Source: a virus (Duplodnaviria; Caudoviricetes). From it: a DNA stretch of 64,000 nucleotides. Positions 1-11,185 of this stretch are shown here, piece by piece (positions within the stretch are counted from its first letter, which is position 1; the number at the start of each line of letters is the position of its first letter). The notes below the pieces were generated by a model that did not search any database, was not told the DNA's origin, and was given only the letters and a program-made list of their open reading frames with translations. The stretch is from IMG/VR virus record IMGVR_UViG_3300010340_001122. One strand, given 5' to 3'. The translations under genes and the position numbers were made by a program.

Positions 1-1
1 T

Positions 2-712
2 ACAGAATCTTTAAAATATGAAAGTAGGTCTAAATTAGCTTTTAATAATCCAAGTGTGTATAAAAAAGTAATTAAAAATGGATGGACTCATATGTTCTCA
101 CATATGAATAATAACTATGTTAATGATAAAAGATGTATTTATTCCTATGAATTCTCTGATAATAGTGTTTATATTGGATTGACAAAAAATATAGAGAATA
201 GAAATAGACAACACATGAATAAAGGTACAGTTTTTAACCATATTAAAAAGTGTAATTTGTTTAATTTTATTAAGCTAACTGATTATTTAGACATACAGGA
301 TGCTGTAAAAAAAGAGACTGAATATATTGATTTATATAAATCTAAAGGATTTAGTATTTTAAATAAAATAAAAGCTGGTGGTATTGGTAGTACTGGTAAT
401 TTATATAAAAGTACTTATTGGACAAAGGATAGGTGCTTTGAGGAATCTTTAAAATATAAATATAGGTCGGAATTTCAAAAAAAATCACAGAGTGCTTATC
501 GTTCCGCTCAAAAAAATGGATGGCTTAATGAAGTATGCTCTCATATGATTTTAGTGAGAAAACCAAAAGGTCACTGGACATTTGAAGAGTGTAAAAAGGA
601 GTCATTAAAATATAGAAATAAAAATGATTTTCAAAAAAACAACTCGAGCGCATATAGTGCTTCGTATAAAAATAAATGGTTAAATATTTTTTTCAATGAA
701 AACATACTGTAA
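2..712 (+). CDS. GIY-YIG homing endonuclease with repeated helical DNA-binding motifs (5' partial)
   Basis: CIYSYEFSDNSVYIGLT...R..QH core; repeated WT.E.C..ESLKY..R..F.K...SAY motifs; frame is open from base 2, so the gene starts before the window. Confidence 0.8.
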   Translation, partial: TESLKYESRSKLAFNNPSVYKKVIKNGWTHMFSHMNNNYVNDKRCIYSYEFSDNSVYIGLTKNIENRNRQHMNKGTVFNHIKKCNLFNFIKLTDYLDIQDAVKKETEYIDLYKSKGFSILNKIKAGGIGSTGNLYKSTYWTKDRCFEESLKYKYRSEFQKKSQSAYRSAQKNGWLNEVCSHMILVRKPKGHWTFEECKKESLKYRNKNDFQKNNSSAYSASYKNKWLNIFFNENIL

Positions 713-1352
713 AATTCCCTATTTTAACCAAGGATTATTTGGTGAAGACATCTACGCATTCGATAAATTAGATGGTAGTAATATTCGCGCCGAATGGAAT
801 CCCAAAAGAGGATGGTATAAATTTGGAACTAGAAATACAATGATTGATGAAAGAGATTTACAATTTGGAGGAGCTATCACACTATTCTTAAACAAATATG
901 GTGATAGTCTTCCAAAGGTATTCATAACAAATAAAAGTTATAAACGAATTGAAAGTTTTGTAGTATTTGCTGAATATGTTGGAGAACAATCTTTCGCTGG
1001 TCGTCATATTGATGGTGATCCAAAGGATATTATATTATTCGATGTTGATCAATATAAACATGGATTTGTTACTCCAAAAAACTTTATTGAAGATTTTGGA
1101 CATTTACATATACCGGATGTTATTTACAAAGGACCCTATACAATGGATTTTGTTCAAGATATTCGAAATAATAATCACAAATTAAAAGAAGGTGTTATTG
1201 TTAAGGGAGTTTATAAAACTAAGAATAAAAAAGATGAAGTATGGATGGTTAAAGTGAAAACTATTGATTGGCTTCAAAAAGTTAAAACACTACATGGTGA
1301 AAGGGCACTTCTTGAAGAACTTAATGGAGATAAAAGACTATTAGATTTATGA
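696..1352 (+). CDS. ATP-dependent RNA ligase-like nucleotidyltransferase
   Basis: Motif I DKLDGSN, FAEY, LFD, motif IV EGVIVK, motif V VKVK. Confidence 0.75.
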   Translation: MKTYCKIPYFNQGLFGEDIYAFDKLDGSNIRAEWNPKRGWYKFGTRNTMIDERDLQFGGAITLFLNKYGDSLPKVFITNKSYKRIESFVVFAEYVGEQSFAGRHIDGDPKDIILFDVDQYKHGFVTPKNFIEDFGHLHIPDVIYKGPYTMDFVQDIRNNNHKLKEGVIVKGVYKTKNKKDEVWMVKVKTIDWLQKVKTLHGERALLEELNGDKRLLDL

Positions 1353-1522
1353 AAAAGATAATATCAATATTAGAGATACTTGTAATCATTGGATTTATAA
1401 TCTATACATTTATGACCAATGATAGACCAACAGATAAAGTTTTCTTTTTTCTGTTAGAGTTAAGTGCTATATCAATATGGCACCTTTATGATAAATATAA
1501 AAACACAGAAAATGAAAATTAG
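1349..1522 (+). CDS. small membrane protein (57 aa), not in ORF track
   Basis: ATG overlaps the upstream TGA; MKKIISILEILVIIGFIIYTF...FFFLLELSAISIWHL gives two hydrophobic segments. Confidence 0.6.
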   Translation: MKKIISILEILVIIGFIIYTFMTNDRPTDKVFFFLLELSAISIWHLYDKYKNTENEN

Positions 1523-2201
1523 AAATATATCTCCAGATTATTGTAGAATACCACATTTTAGTAAAGAAATATCTAATATGACTCACGATGATATCGAATT
1601 AGATATTCCTATGCAGTTTCCATTTGAATGTCATATTCAAGAGAAAATTGATGGCGCAAATATGGGTATATCTTGGGTGGATGGTCCAATTCTTAGAAAT
1701 AGAAGTCATATTCTTAAAAAAGGATATACAAAAATACAAACACCTGCTAAAAAACAATTTACTTCGGCTTGGAATTGGCTTCATAAACATGAAGATGATA
1801 TTAAAATGGTTAGTGAATTATGTTATTCACCAATTACAATTTATGGTGAGTGGATGTTTGCAAAGCATTCATTATATTATGATAAACTTCCTGATTTATT
1901 TATTGCATATGACATATGGTGTGCTGAAGATTATGAGTTTTTATCACCGGAAATAGTTGAAGAATTATTATCTAAAACTGATATTAAATATATCAAACCG
2001 ATTAAAACACAAATTAATTCAATTTCAGATATTGTAGAATGGTCTGAAAAGAATTCAGATTATAGAAATGGAATTAGAGAGGGTATTGTTATTAAAACTT
2101 CAAATGGAAGATTTGTAGATAAATCTTTTAAAGTTGTGAATAAATATTTTGAAAGAAGAGATGATTTTAATGATGGTTTAATTAAAAATAAAAGAGTCTA
2201 A
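1512..2201 (+). CDS. RNA ligase family protein
   Basis: QEKIDGAN, YGEW, AYDI, EGIVIK, FKVV motifs; ATG at 1512 preferred to the GTG at 1464. Confidence 0.8.
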   Translation: MKIRNISPDYCRIPHFSKEISNMTHDDIELDIPMQFPFECHIQEKIDGANMGISWVDGPILRNRSHILKKGYTKIQTPAKKQFTSAWNWLHKHEDDIKMVSELCYSPITIYGEWMFAKHSLYYDKLPDLFIAYDIWCAEDYEFLSPEIVEELLSKTDIKYIKPIKTQINSISDIVEWSEKNSDYRNGIREGIVIKTSNGRFVDKSFKVVNKYFERRDDFNDGLIKNKRV

Positions 2202-2935
2202 ACAGACTCTTTTATTTTTAATCTATTATTAGATATATCAACATATTTAGACTCGATTTCACATCCAATCCATTTTCTATCTAAAATTTTAGCCGCAAAT
2301 AATGTTGAACCGCTTCCACAGAAAGGATCAAAAACAACTTCACCTGGATTCGATGATAGTTTAATCATATCTTTTAAACAATCTACATTTTTTTGATTTG
2401 GATGTAGTCTATCATGATTAAATTCTGATGCTTTTGTCCAATACCAATAATCCGGTAGTCTATATAACCATTCCTTTGCATTATATCTTTTATCTTTAAG
2501 ATAGGTTTCTGATGGTTTTAATATTTCTGTTGGATTAAATTTCCTTCCTTCTGTTCTATTGCCACGAGTTGCAAAAATAACATATTCAAATTGTTGTTGA
2601 AAGATTCGATCACCACCATTTCCTTTAATAGTTCTTGGAATACATAATAAATTTCTAACCTTCCAATATTTTCTTATTTCGACTAAAAAATCAGCAGACA
2701 TTTCAAAATCACAAAAGCAATAAAGATGTGATCCTTTTTTAACTACTCTAGATAATTCTTTAAAAAAGGGTGAGATCCAATCTTTATTATCATCATTTAC
2801 AATAGCACCAGATTTGGTTCTATAAGATGAATAATTAATGGTATATGGTGGATCTGTGATTGTTAAATCGATTGATTCATTTGCAAGAGATTTCATAAAA
2901 TCTATACAATCGATATTGTGAATTTGGTTTATCAT
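2198..2935 (-). CDS. DNA N6-A/N4-C methyltransferase (beta class)
   Basis: TDPPY catalytic motif precedes HPNQK and DPFCGSGS SAM-binding motif. Confidence 0.9.
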   Translation of the reverse strand: MINQIHNIDCIDFMKSLANESIDLTITDPPYTINYSSYRTKSGAIVNDDNKDWISPFFKELSRVVKKGSHLYCFCDFEMSADFLVEIRKYWKVRNLLCIPRTIKGNGGDRIFQQQFEYVIFATRGNRTEGRKFNPTEILKPSETYLKDKRYNAKEWLYRLPDYWYWTKASEFNHDRLHPNQKNVDCLKDMIKLSSNPGEVVFDPFCGSGSTLFAAKILDRKWIGCEIESKYVDISNNRLKIKESV

Positions 2936-2964
2936 AATATTTTTATAAATTTTATTAAATAAGT

Positions 2965-3723
2965 TTATGGTTCATAAATTATAATATCAGGAATTCTTTT
3001 TTTAATTACTTGACACCATTTTTCTTCTTTCTCTATTAAAATATATCGTCTATTTGTATTTTTTGCTGCTAAACCGGTAGTTCCACTCCCAGATGTATTA
3101 TCTAATACTAAATCACCCTCATTTGTATATGTTTTTATCAAATATTCACAAAGTGCTAATGGCTTTTGGGTTGGATGTATTGTTCCATCTAATTTATTTT
3201 TTTGTTTATCTGATGAAAAAACTAAAACAGATCTTGGATATCTATCAGTATCACCTCCGCCTGATATAATACGATTCATTTCTCCATATAATTCAGTTTT
3301 ATTCTGAACTTCTGGCCTTTTTGTATATGAGTGCATCGGTTTATGACCAGTAGTTTTTTGAGGATTGTAAGTTGGTGGGTTTTTATAGAAGACTAAGATA
3401 TTCTCATGTGATTTCATAGGCATCTTCTTAGCATTCAGCCATCCAGTTGCTTGTGTTTTTTCCCAGATCCATTCATACTTTAACCAATCTAAATTTGAAC
3501 AACCTAAAACTTTATCAAATGGTGTTTGTGCAAATAATAAAATAGCACCATTATCTTTAATAATTCTTTTATAATGTTCCCATAATAAATTTAAATCTAA
3601 TTGAATATCCCATTTCGCTCTTGTCGTATTATATGGTAAGTCACATAATATTAAATCTATTGATTTATCTTTAATTCTAGGAAATATATTAAAGCAATCA
3701 TCTTGATAAAGTATATTTTCCAT
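2965..3723 (-). CDS. DNA N6-A/N4-C methyltransferase (beta class)
   Basis: CDLPY, HPTQKP, DNTSGSGTT. Confidence 0.9.
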   Translation of the reverse strand: MENILYQDDCFNIFPRIKDKSIDLILCDLPYNTTRAKWDIQLDLNLLWEHYKRIIKDNGAILLFAQTPFDKVLGCSNLDWLKYEWIWEKTQATGWLNAKKMPMKSHENILVFYKNPPTYNPQKTTGHKPMHSYTKRPEVQNKTELYGEMNRIISGGGDTDRYPRSVLVFSSDKQKNKLDGTIHPTQKPLALCEYLIKTYTNEGDLVLDNTSGSGTTGLAAKNTNRRYILIEKEEKWCQVIKKRIPDIIIYEP

Positions 3724-3724
3724 T

Positions 3725-4927
<1,203 letters not shown>

Positions 4928-4966
4928 TTAACATTATTTTATAGATTTATAATAAAATAAGTTTAT

Positions 4967-5551
4967 TTAAGGTAAGTTTAATTTATATAGTTTATTCTCA
5001 TAATCATATGATACCATTCCTATCTTGAACAATTCAAATACTATTTTCTCTGATTTTGCATGGCAATTGTTATGTTGTGTAATAGTGCATAAATCTAAAT
5101 TGGATATGTTATTATTAAGTTTATCTCCATCTATATGATGTACCACTTCATCTTTATACAATTGTCTACCTATCTTTTCTTGTATTAAATAAATATGTTC
5201 TCTTATTCTACCTCCATATGTATTGGAGTATTTATACTCTGATCCGACATATATGGATATATACCCAGATGAATCTATGATTTTTGTACCCAATAAACTT
5301 CTTCTTCTATTATCCAGTCCTATTTGTCCAATTTTTCCTGCAAAGGATTGAGAGTCACCACAAGAATTACAGAAGTGTTTGAAATTATTATTTGCTCTTT
5401 TTTTTGAAAAGTTATCAGTAGTTCTTTCAAATTTTAATCCACAGTTATCACAAGATAAGTGGAAGACTTTTTTTCTACGAGTTTTTTTGTAATTTTTATG
5501 AGAGCCTTTAACCTCATACTCATTCTCAATATACGAAATTTCAATGAACAT
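4967..5551 (-). CDS. HNH homing endonuclease
   Basis: CDNC/FC..C zinc motif; EVVHHIDGDKLNN.ISNL...H. Confidence 0.85.
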   Translation of the reverse strand: MFIEISYIENEYEVKGSHKNYKKTRRKKVFHLSCDNCGLKFERTTDNFSKKRANNNFKHFCNSCGDSQSFAGKIGQIGLDNRRRSLLGTKIIDSSGYISIYVGSEYKYSNTYGGRIREHIYLIQEKIGRQLYKDEVVHHIDGDKLNNNISNLDLCTITQHNNCHAKSEKIVFELFKIGMVSYDYENKLYKLNLP

Positions 5552-5625
5552 AGTTTGTCTTTTTTATTTTATATATTAAAATCCAAAAGACATATTTATT
5601 TATTAATATATTCAGACATTTGTAT

Positions 5626-5952
5626 TTATATGGAGAATGATTCACCACAACCACAAACCCTCTTAGAATTTGGATTTATCCACTCAAAACCTTTACCGTT
5701 TAGACCATCGGAGTAGTCTAGTTCTGTTCCAATTAAATATAATAATGATTTTTTATTTGTTGCAATTTTCAAATCAAGATGTTCAAATATTTCATCATCA
5801 TCATTTGATTTGTTTGTCAAGTCCATGTTATATTTCAGCCCAGAGCATCCACCACCAACAACTTCAACTCTTAAAAAATAAGTTGAATCGTAGTTAGATT
5901 CTTTAATAAGGTGTTTGACTTTCTGATATGCTTTTTCAGATAGTGTGATCAT
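5626..5952 (-). CDS. iscA: A-type Fe-S carrier (IscA/HesB family)
   Basis: GGGCSG and C-terminal NPN...CGCGESF. Confidence 0.92.
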   Translation of the reverse strand: MITLSEKAYQKVKHLIKESNYDSTYFLRVEVVGGGCSGLKYNMDLTNKSNDDDEIFEHLDLKIATNKKSLLYLIGTELDYSDGLNGKGFEWINPNSKRVCGCGESFSI

Positions 5953-5954
5953 GA

Positions 5955-6578
5955 TTACTTGCTTAAAAGTTTAATTAAATCTTCTGTTATTTTAGAAATT
6001 AATTTTTTACCAGAAGCAATTTCAACATTTGGAATATTTTTTATTGAAGAAAATTCTTGGGCGCCACCGACCTCAATACATTCAATAAGTTTAATCATAT
6101 TTGGATCTTTAGAATATTGGTTCAAATAAAAAGTTTTCAATTCAAGAACAAATTTAACCATATCAAATCCTTTTTTATTATTATACTTAACCATCTGAAG
6201 CTCATTATCTTGCTTTTCAATAAGAATATACCAAATTGAGTTTTTAGAAATCTTAACATTTTCTAAAAAATTATAAGCTTTAGAAGCTTTTGTTTTTTTA
6301 GGAAATTTAGCAACTTTACCATAAAGTTTCACTTGATTATCTTCATTAGTTTTTTCACCCATTGTATTTTCTAATTCAATATTTTGATCTTTAGGTATAA
6401 TACCTTTACGAGATGGCATTTTTTGTATTTTTTTTGATGTATTTGTAATGTTTGGATTACCTGGTCTATCAGAATCTGTGACAGGCTCAACACTAAGTTT
6501 AACTTCTTCTAATTCTTTTTTTTCACTTTTCATATCTGTGAATTTTTTGAATCCTGATATTTTTTTATTATCTGCCAT
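5955..6578 (-). CDS. hypothetical protein
   Basis: 207-aa ORF after TAATATATA motif at 6602-6610. Confidence 0.6.
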   Translation of the reverse strand: MADNKKISGFKKFTDMKSEKKELEEVKLSVEPVTDSDRPGNPNITNTSKKIQKMPSRKGIIPKDQNIELENTMGEKTNEDNQVKLYGKVAKFPKKTKASKAYNFLENVKISKNSIWYILIEKQDNELQMVKYNNKKGFDMVKFVLELKTFYLNQYSKDPNMIKLIECIEVGGAQEFSSIKNIPNVEIASGKKLISKITEDLIKLLSK

Positions 6579-6632
6579 AGTTCTCTGATTTTCTTGTCTA
6601 TTATATATTATATAATAATAATGGTTTTTTGT

Positions 6633-6887
6633 TTATCCATTATGTTTATAGTAATATTTATCAACCATATAATTTTTAAAATTTTTAACAACATTCATTT
6701 GATCAAATAGTAATGATACTAAAGGTTGCATTTTATTCAACCATCCACTCATCATATCATTTTCATACATATATGGTGATAGTGAAGAATTTAATATTTG
6801 TTTTTCATAATTAACATATTGATCATTATTATCATGTCTGTGCTTCAAATAATGTAATTCCGGTATATCTTTTCTTTCGTATAACAT
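6633..6887 (-). CDS. hypothetical protein
   Basis: 84-aa ORF closely coupled in the baseplate operon. Confidence 0.55.
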   Translation of the reverse strand: MLYERKDIPELHYLKHRHDNNDQYVNYEKQILNSSLSPYMYENDMMSGWLNKMQPLVSLLFDQMNVVKNFKNYMVDKYYYKHNG

Positions 6888-6888
6888 A

Positions 6889-7596
6889 TTAAAATTTAAT
6901 TGATTTTATTTTTGGATTTTTAAGTTTAAATCTTTTATTATCAATTTTTGTAAAACTATCATAAGTAATTTCTTCAAAATAATCATTACAGAATTCTTTT
7001 AACAGACTTATTTGTTTTAAATAAACAGATTCTTCTTCTTTTAATGTGAATGTTAAATAATAATCATTATTAATTTTACTAAAATTAAATTCATTAAAAT
7101 AATTACCACCAATATAATCTGATATTAGATTTTTAAAGATATAATAGTAATCATCAGCGGATGGATCATTTTTAATAAAATTTACCAATATAGTTTGCCA
7201 ACTTGAACAACTTCCATGATCTAGTCTAATAAAGGACTGAGAATCTAAAATATTATTAACTCTATCAACCATAGATTTCAATTCACTTATAAAATCTACA
7301 AAATTTGAAAAATCATCATTACTAAATAAACATTTTTTAAAAGTAGTATATCTAAACTCCATTTCATAACCACATTTTACGACATCACCATCCCCAAAAT
7401 CATCGTAATTACGATTATCTTGATCAATATCATTGTTATTATCAAAATTATATCCCGAAAAATAAATATTATTCAATTTTATATCCAAACCTATATCTGA
7501 TAATCCAGTAAATATATCTTTAATACTCGATATTTCTTCTTCTATAAAAAGAATATCCGTTTTTTCATTTTCGAATATTTTTTTCAAATACCTCAT
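6889..7596 (-). CDS. hypothetical protein with CTS-like N-terminus
   Basis: MRYLKKIFENE; IKDIFTGLSD helix shared with paralogs. Confidence 0.6.
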   Translation of the reverse strand: MRYLKKIFENEKTDILFIEEEISSIKDIFTGLSDIGLDIKLNNIYFSGYNFDNNNDIDQDNRNYDDFGDGDVVKCGYEMEFRYTTFKKCLFSNDDFSNFVDFISELKSMVDRVNNILDSQSFIRLDHGSCSSWQTILVNFIKNDPSADDYYYIFKNLISDYIGGNYFNEFNFSKINNDYYLTFTLKEEESVYLKQISLLKEFCNDYFEEITYDSFTKIDNKRFKLKNPKIKSIKF

Positions 7597-9359
7597 ACCA
7601 CATTATTTCTCAATTTTGAATCAACAACACCTTTCTTTATTATATTAATTGATTTAAGTCCTGTGCTATCCATCTCATCTGAAAAATAAATTCCATTTCT
7701 ATCATACCAACCTCCTCTTATAATAGGAATTTCTTGAGGTTCAAATATAATATCACCCAAAACAGGATCTAATCCTAAAGTCGCATTGGGTTTATAGTCG
7801 GGATTTGTTTTAACAACTTCTATTCCAGAATTTGCAACAGGTATATCTTTATTTTTATTTGCACTTATATTAACATCAAATTTAGTCTCATTCATTCGTT
7901 TATCTTCTTGTCTTTTAATTTCTTCTCTATGATACTCCTCATTCTTTTTACAGATAAATTGCACATCAACTGAATGCACATCATTAATATTAGAAATTAT
8001 TTTAACTAAATCGGACTTAGGTATTCTATCAATTCTACTAAAATTTAAAAAATATTCCGAAACAACATCTATAACCTGAGATTGAACAGAATCATCAGTT
8101 GAGTCTGAATATCTTATGATAAATATATTCATCATATAATATGATAGTTTAGGTGAATCAATTCTATATTTTTTACTAATTTGTATATTACCATTTGTTC
8201 TTAAATATTTATCTATTTTAGATTTCTCATACCTATCTAATTCAAATGCTTTTACACCAACACTGAAATAATCAGCATTTTGATTTTTAAATAATCTTAT
8301 ATTTGGTGTTGCAACTATATAAACAATTCCCAAATCTTCGTAAGCATTAACATGTGAAAATACTCCTAGTTTTTTTATTTCATAAGCATATTGTTGTGGT
8401 AAACCCAAAACAAAATTATTTGAAACTATTGGTAATATATTTTTAGTAAATGTGACACTCTCTTTATTAGCGCCAAAATTAATATCATTAAATATTGCAA
8501 CATCAAATATCTTAGAAGCGTCGATAGTAGCACCAAATCCATCAATTGCATCATCTAAAAATTTCCAATCGTTGAATGTTCTTCTAAAAATATTTCCATC
8601 AGCGCCATCTGACACTATATAAGTAACTGAAATATTTGATCCAATTGTTGGTATTGATCCAAAACCACCATTTCCAAATATTATATCAATACCACCGTTA
8701 AATCCTGTTCTAACAACACAAGCTTCTTCATTAGGTTTTAACTCATATAAATGTTTTTTTGTTGTCCAATATGAACCATTTACTAAGACTTCGTAATTAA
8801 AATTCTCTATATCTTGTCTACCAGTCAATGAAACTTGAAAAGTCTGATTTGGATTCCCGGTTCCAGTAAATATGGTTGTTTTGAATTTACCTTGTATAAT
8901 AGGTAAAAATATTTGAGTATTTTTATTAACCATATATGTAATCTTGTCTTGTCCTAAATTAAGAGAATAATCTAATGAATTAGTTTTATTTTTTAATCCA
9001 CTTTTATTATTAAAAGTAATTCTTCCTCCTTTAAGTTCTTTTTCTAAGTCCACACCTGGTTTAACTGTTAATTTTAAGTTACCAGTTGCTGATATATTTC
9101 TACCTGGAATATGTCCAGCAAAAATAGCAGCATTTTTAATGATAGATTCATTGAGTGAATTTGGCTCACTTAAATCGAATTGTTTTATAGAATTTTTTAA
9201 ATATAAAAAAGATAATTGATGAAGATTTTCTAAAACTCCAAGAATTTGACCATATGGTGAAGCTGGAGAATATAAAAAACTAGATTTATTATGTTCTAAT
9301 TTTAAAAATCTTTCAACTTCTCCTTTAATATTACTAAATGAAATCTCAACAAACTTCAT
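7593..9359 (-). CDS. baseplate wedge subunit (T4 gp6-like)
   Basis: Size and motifs SI...A...GHIP.R.ISATG, IIFGNGGFG.IP..GS.I.VTY..SDG..GN. Confidence 0.75.
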   Translation of the reverse strand: MKFVEISFSNIKGEVERFLKLEHNKSSFLYSPASPYGQILGVLENLHQLSFLYLKNSIKQFDLSEPNSLNESIIKNAAIFAGHIPGRNISATGNLKLTVKPGVDLEKELKGGRITFNNKSGLKNKTNSLDYSLNLGQDKITYMVNKNTQIFLPIIQGKFKTTIFTGTGNPNQTFQVSLTGRQDIENFNYEVLVNGSYWTTKKHLYELKPNEEACVVRTGFNGGIDIIFGNGGFGSIPTIGSNISVTYIVSDGADGNIFRRTFNDWKFLDDAIDGFGATIDASKIFDVAIFNDINFGANKESVTFTKNILPIVSNNFVLGLPQQYAYEIKKLGVFSHVNAYEDLGIVYIVATPNIRLFKNQNADYFSVGVKAFELDRYEKSKIDKYLRTNGNIQISKKYRIDSPKLSYYMMNIFIIRYSDSTDDSVQSQVIDVVSEYFLNFSRIDRIPKSDLVKIISNINDVHSVDVQFICKKNEEYHREEIKRQEDKRMNETKFDVNISANKNKDIPVANSGIEVVKTNPDYKPNATLGLDPVLGDIIFEPQEIPIIRGGWYDRNGIYFSDEMDSTGLKSINIIKKGVVDSKLRNNVV

Positions 9360-9366
9360 GATTTAA

Positions 9367-9684
9367 TTAATTTTTTAAATATTCTTCTGAAAATCTATTA
9401 TTTATGATAATATCATCAATTATTAATCCAATACTTTCTACATCAGTATTTCTAGATATTAGATCAGAATTTTCATTTAGAGGATTTGAGTAATAATAAA
9501 AATTAAAATTATAGATATTATCAATATTTCTATAAGGAATAATAATTTTAACTTCTTTTGATTCTTTAATTAAGATTTCAAAATAATTTCCAAATTTCAA
9601 AGATGATTTTTCTTTTATTTCAACATCTTCATGTTTAGAAGAAAGTATTGAATGAATTCTATTAATATTATAACGAATATCCAT
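9367..9684 (-). CDS. hypothetical protein
   Basis: 105-aa ORF after TAATATATA at 9704-9712. Confidence 0.55.
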   Translation of the reverse strand: MDIRYNINRIHSILSSKHEDVEIKEKSSLKFGNYFEILIKESKEVKIIIPYRNIDNIYNFNFYYYSNPLNENSDLISRNTDVESIGLIIDDIIINNRFSEEYLKN

Positions 9685-9771
9685 AAGTTATTTAATTTTT
9701 AATTATATATTAATTGGGATATACCTTCTTAATATATAATTAAGAAGTGTTATTCACTATAATATTAAAAT

Positions 9772-9870
9772 ATGACTTAGGACCGCTAAGTTACAGACCA
9801 TGATGTGATTCGCTATCTCCATCAAGTGTCGCAAATCCCTTAGAATTTAAACACTAAGGGATTTTTGTTG
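9772..9870 (+). ncRNA. candidate small structured RNA ending in an intrinsic terminator
   Basis: Relatively GC-rich non-coding island with hairpins GACTTAG-gaccg-CTAAGTT and TGATG..GA-ttcgcta-TC..CATCA, then a terminator hairpin. Confidence 0.4.
9833..9870 (+). terminator. intrinsic terminator
   Basis: AAATCCCTTAG/CTAAGGGATTT 11-bp stem followed by a T-rich tract. Confidence 0.7.
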
Positions 9871-9892
9871 TTATTAAATTAATATATATTAT

Positions 9893-10618
9893 ATGGAGAT
9901 GCAAGATTTATACAAGATGTTGGAGGCTTATGGGATTAGAGGAGCAATATTTGGAATTATATTTTTCATTATTGGGACAATTATTAAAAGTAGTTGGTTT
10001 TCAGAATGGTGGTCCAAGACAACTGACAAAATTATTCAATTTTTTATGAAAAAGAAAGTTAAAGAAATTCCACATGGTGAAATTTCTGAGTCAGATATTA
10101 TAAATCATGACATTTTCAACTATATAGATTTTTGGACATATTCTAAAGTTCCAACTTTTCAATTTTCAACCGATTATAGAACAGTAATATTTAAAAAATA
10201 TTTAACTATTTTTTTAAAATGTTATAAAAAAGGACTCTCAGATTTTGTTCAAAATAGAGATTATCATAACATGGATCAATCACATCTTTGGAAGAGTTTA
10301 TTAGAATTAATAAATCGAATTGTATGGGATTATGAAAAAGAATGTGAAGAAGTAGGTATTCCGAAAATTATTCTTTTAAAGATGAAATCAAAAAATAATG
10401 ATACTATAACATTAACTATTGATTTAATTGAAAGTATTTCTAATTCTCAATTCTATGAAAGTGAAAAGAATCTTTTAAAAATGTATTCTATATTAAATAT
10501 TTTACTTTCAATATTAGAAAATACAATTTCAAATTCTCAAAGTGTTTGTAATTCAATAAATGGTCAATTAAAGGGTTTAAGTATAGTAGAAGGTGGTAAG
10601 AATTATAAAGAGCCTTAA
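9893..10618 (+). CDS. membrane-anchored protein (possible holin-like)
   Basis: Single N-terminal TM segment GAIFGIIFFIIGTII plus a soluble domain; late-type promoter at 9880-9888. Confidence 0.45.
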   Translation: MEMQDLYKMLEAYGIRGAIFGIIFFIIGTIIKSSWFSEWWSKTTDKIIQFFMKKKVKEIPHGEISESDIINHDIFNYIDFWTYSKVPTFQFSTDYRTVIFKKYLTIFLKCYKKGLSDFVQNRDYHNMDQSHLWKSLLELINRIVWDYEKECEEVGIPKIILLKMKSKNNDTITLTIDLIESISNSQFYESEKNLLKMYSILNILLSILENTISNSQSVCNSINGQLKGLSIVEGGKNYKEP

Positions 10619-11169
10619 TCCATTAAATTTATTATGTCATCAACCTCAAAATCTGGGTCTGTGATTTTCAAATCATAATCTCTGAAATCATTAAAATCTA
10701 ACTCATCAGCTTCTAGTCTTCTCATTACGGAATCATTATTATCATTTCTTCTAAGAATTCTACTTTCTCTTACTTTTCTATCTATATCAAGATAAACGAC
10801 AAAACACTTTTTTCTAAAAATAACATCTATTTGATTTAATTCACCAGGAGTCATTATAAATGCTTGTGAATTATTAAAATCTTCTTTTAAGATTCCATAT
10901 TTCCAAAGTTCTTTCTTATCATTAAAAAAATCTTGAGTCACAATTAAATCTAAATTATTAAATTCATCAAGTGTTTTAAAATAATAAGTGACACCATCTG
11001 TTTCATTTTCTCTTTTAGGTCTTGATGTTACTTTAATAGAAGTTTCTAATCCCTTCTTCCTCAATTCTCTTAATAGATGATCTTTACCTGATCCGGATTT
11101 ACCAACAATAATTAATTTTTCTAATTTATCATTTAACACATTAAAAGTTATATTTATATGGTATATCAA
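10615..11169 (-). CDS. gmk: guanylate kinase-like
   Basis: GKSGSGKD P-loop, TSRPKRENE.DGV.YYF, W.YG; true start may be slightly downstream. Confidence 0.85.
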   Translation of the reverse strand: MIYHINITFNVLNDKLEKLIIVGKSGSGKDHLLRELRKKGLETSIKVTSRPKRENETDGVTYYFKTLDEFNNLDLIVTQDFFNDKKELWKYGILKEDFNNSQAFIMTPGELNQIDVIFRKKCFVVYLDIDRKVRESRILRRNDNNDSVMRRLEADELDFNDFRDYDLKITDPDFEVDDIINLMD

Positions 11170-11185
11170 ATAAATATTAAAATGT

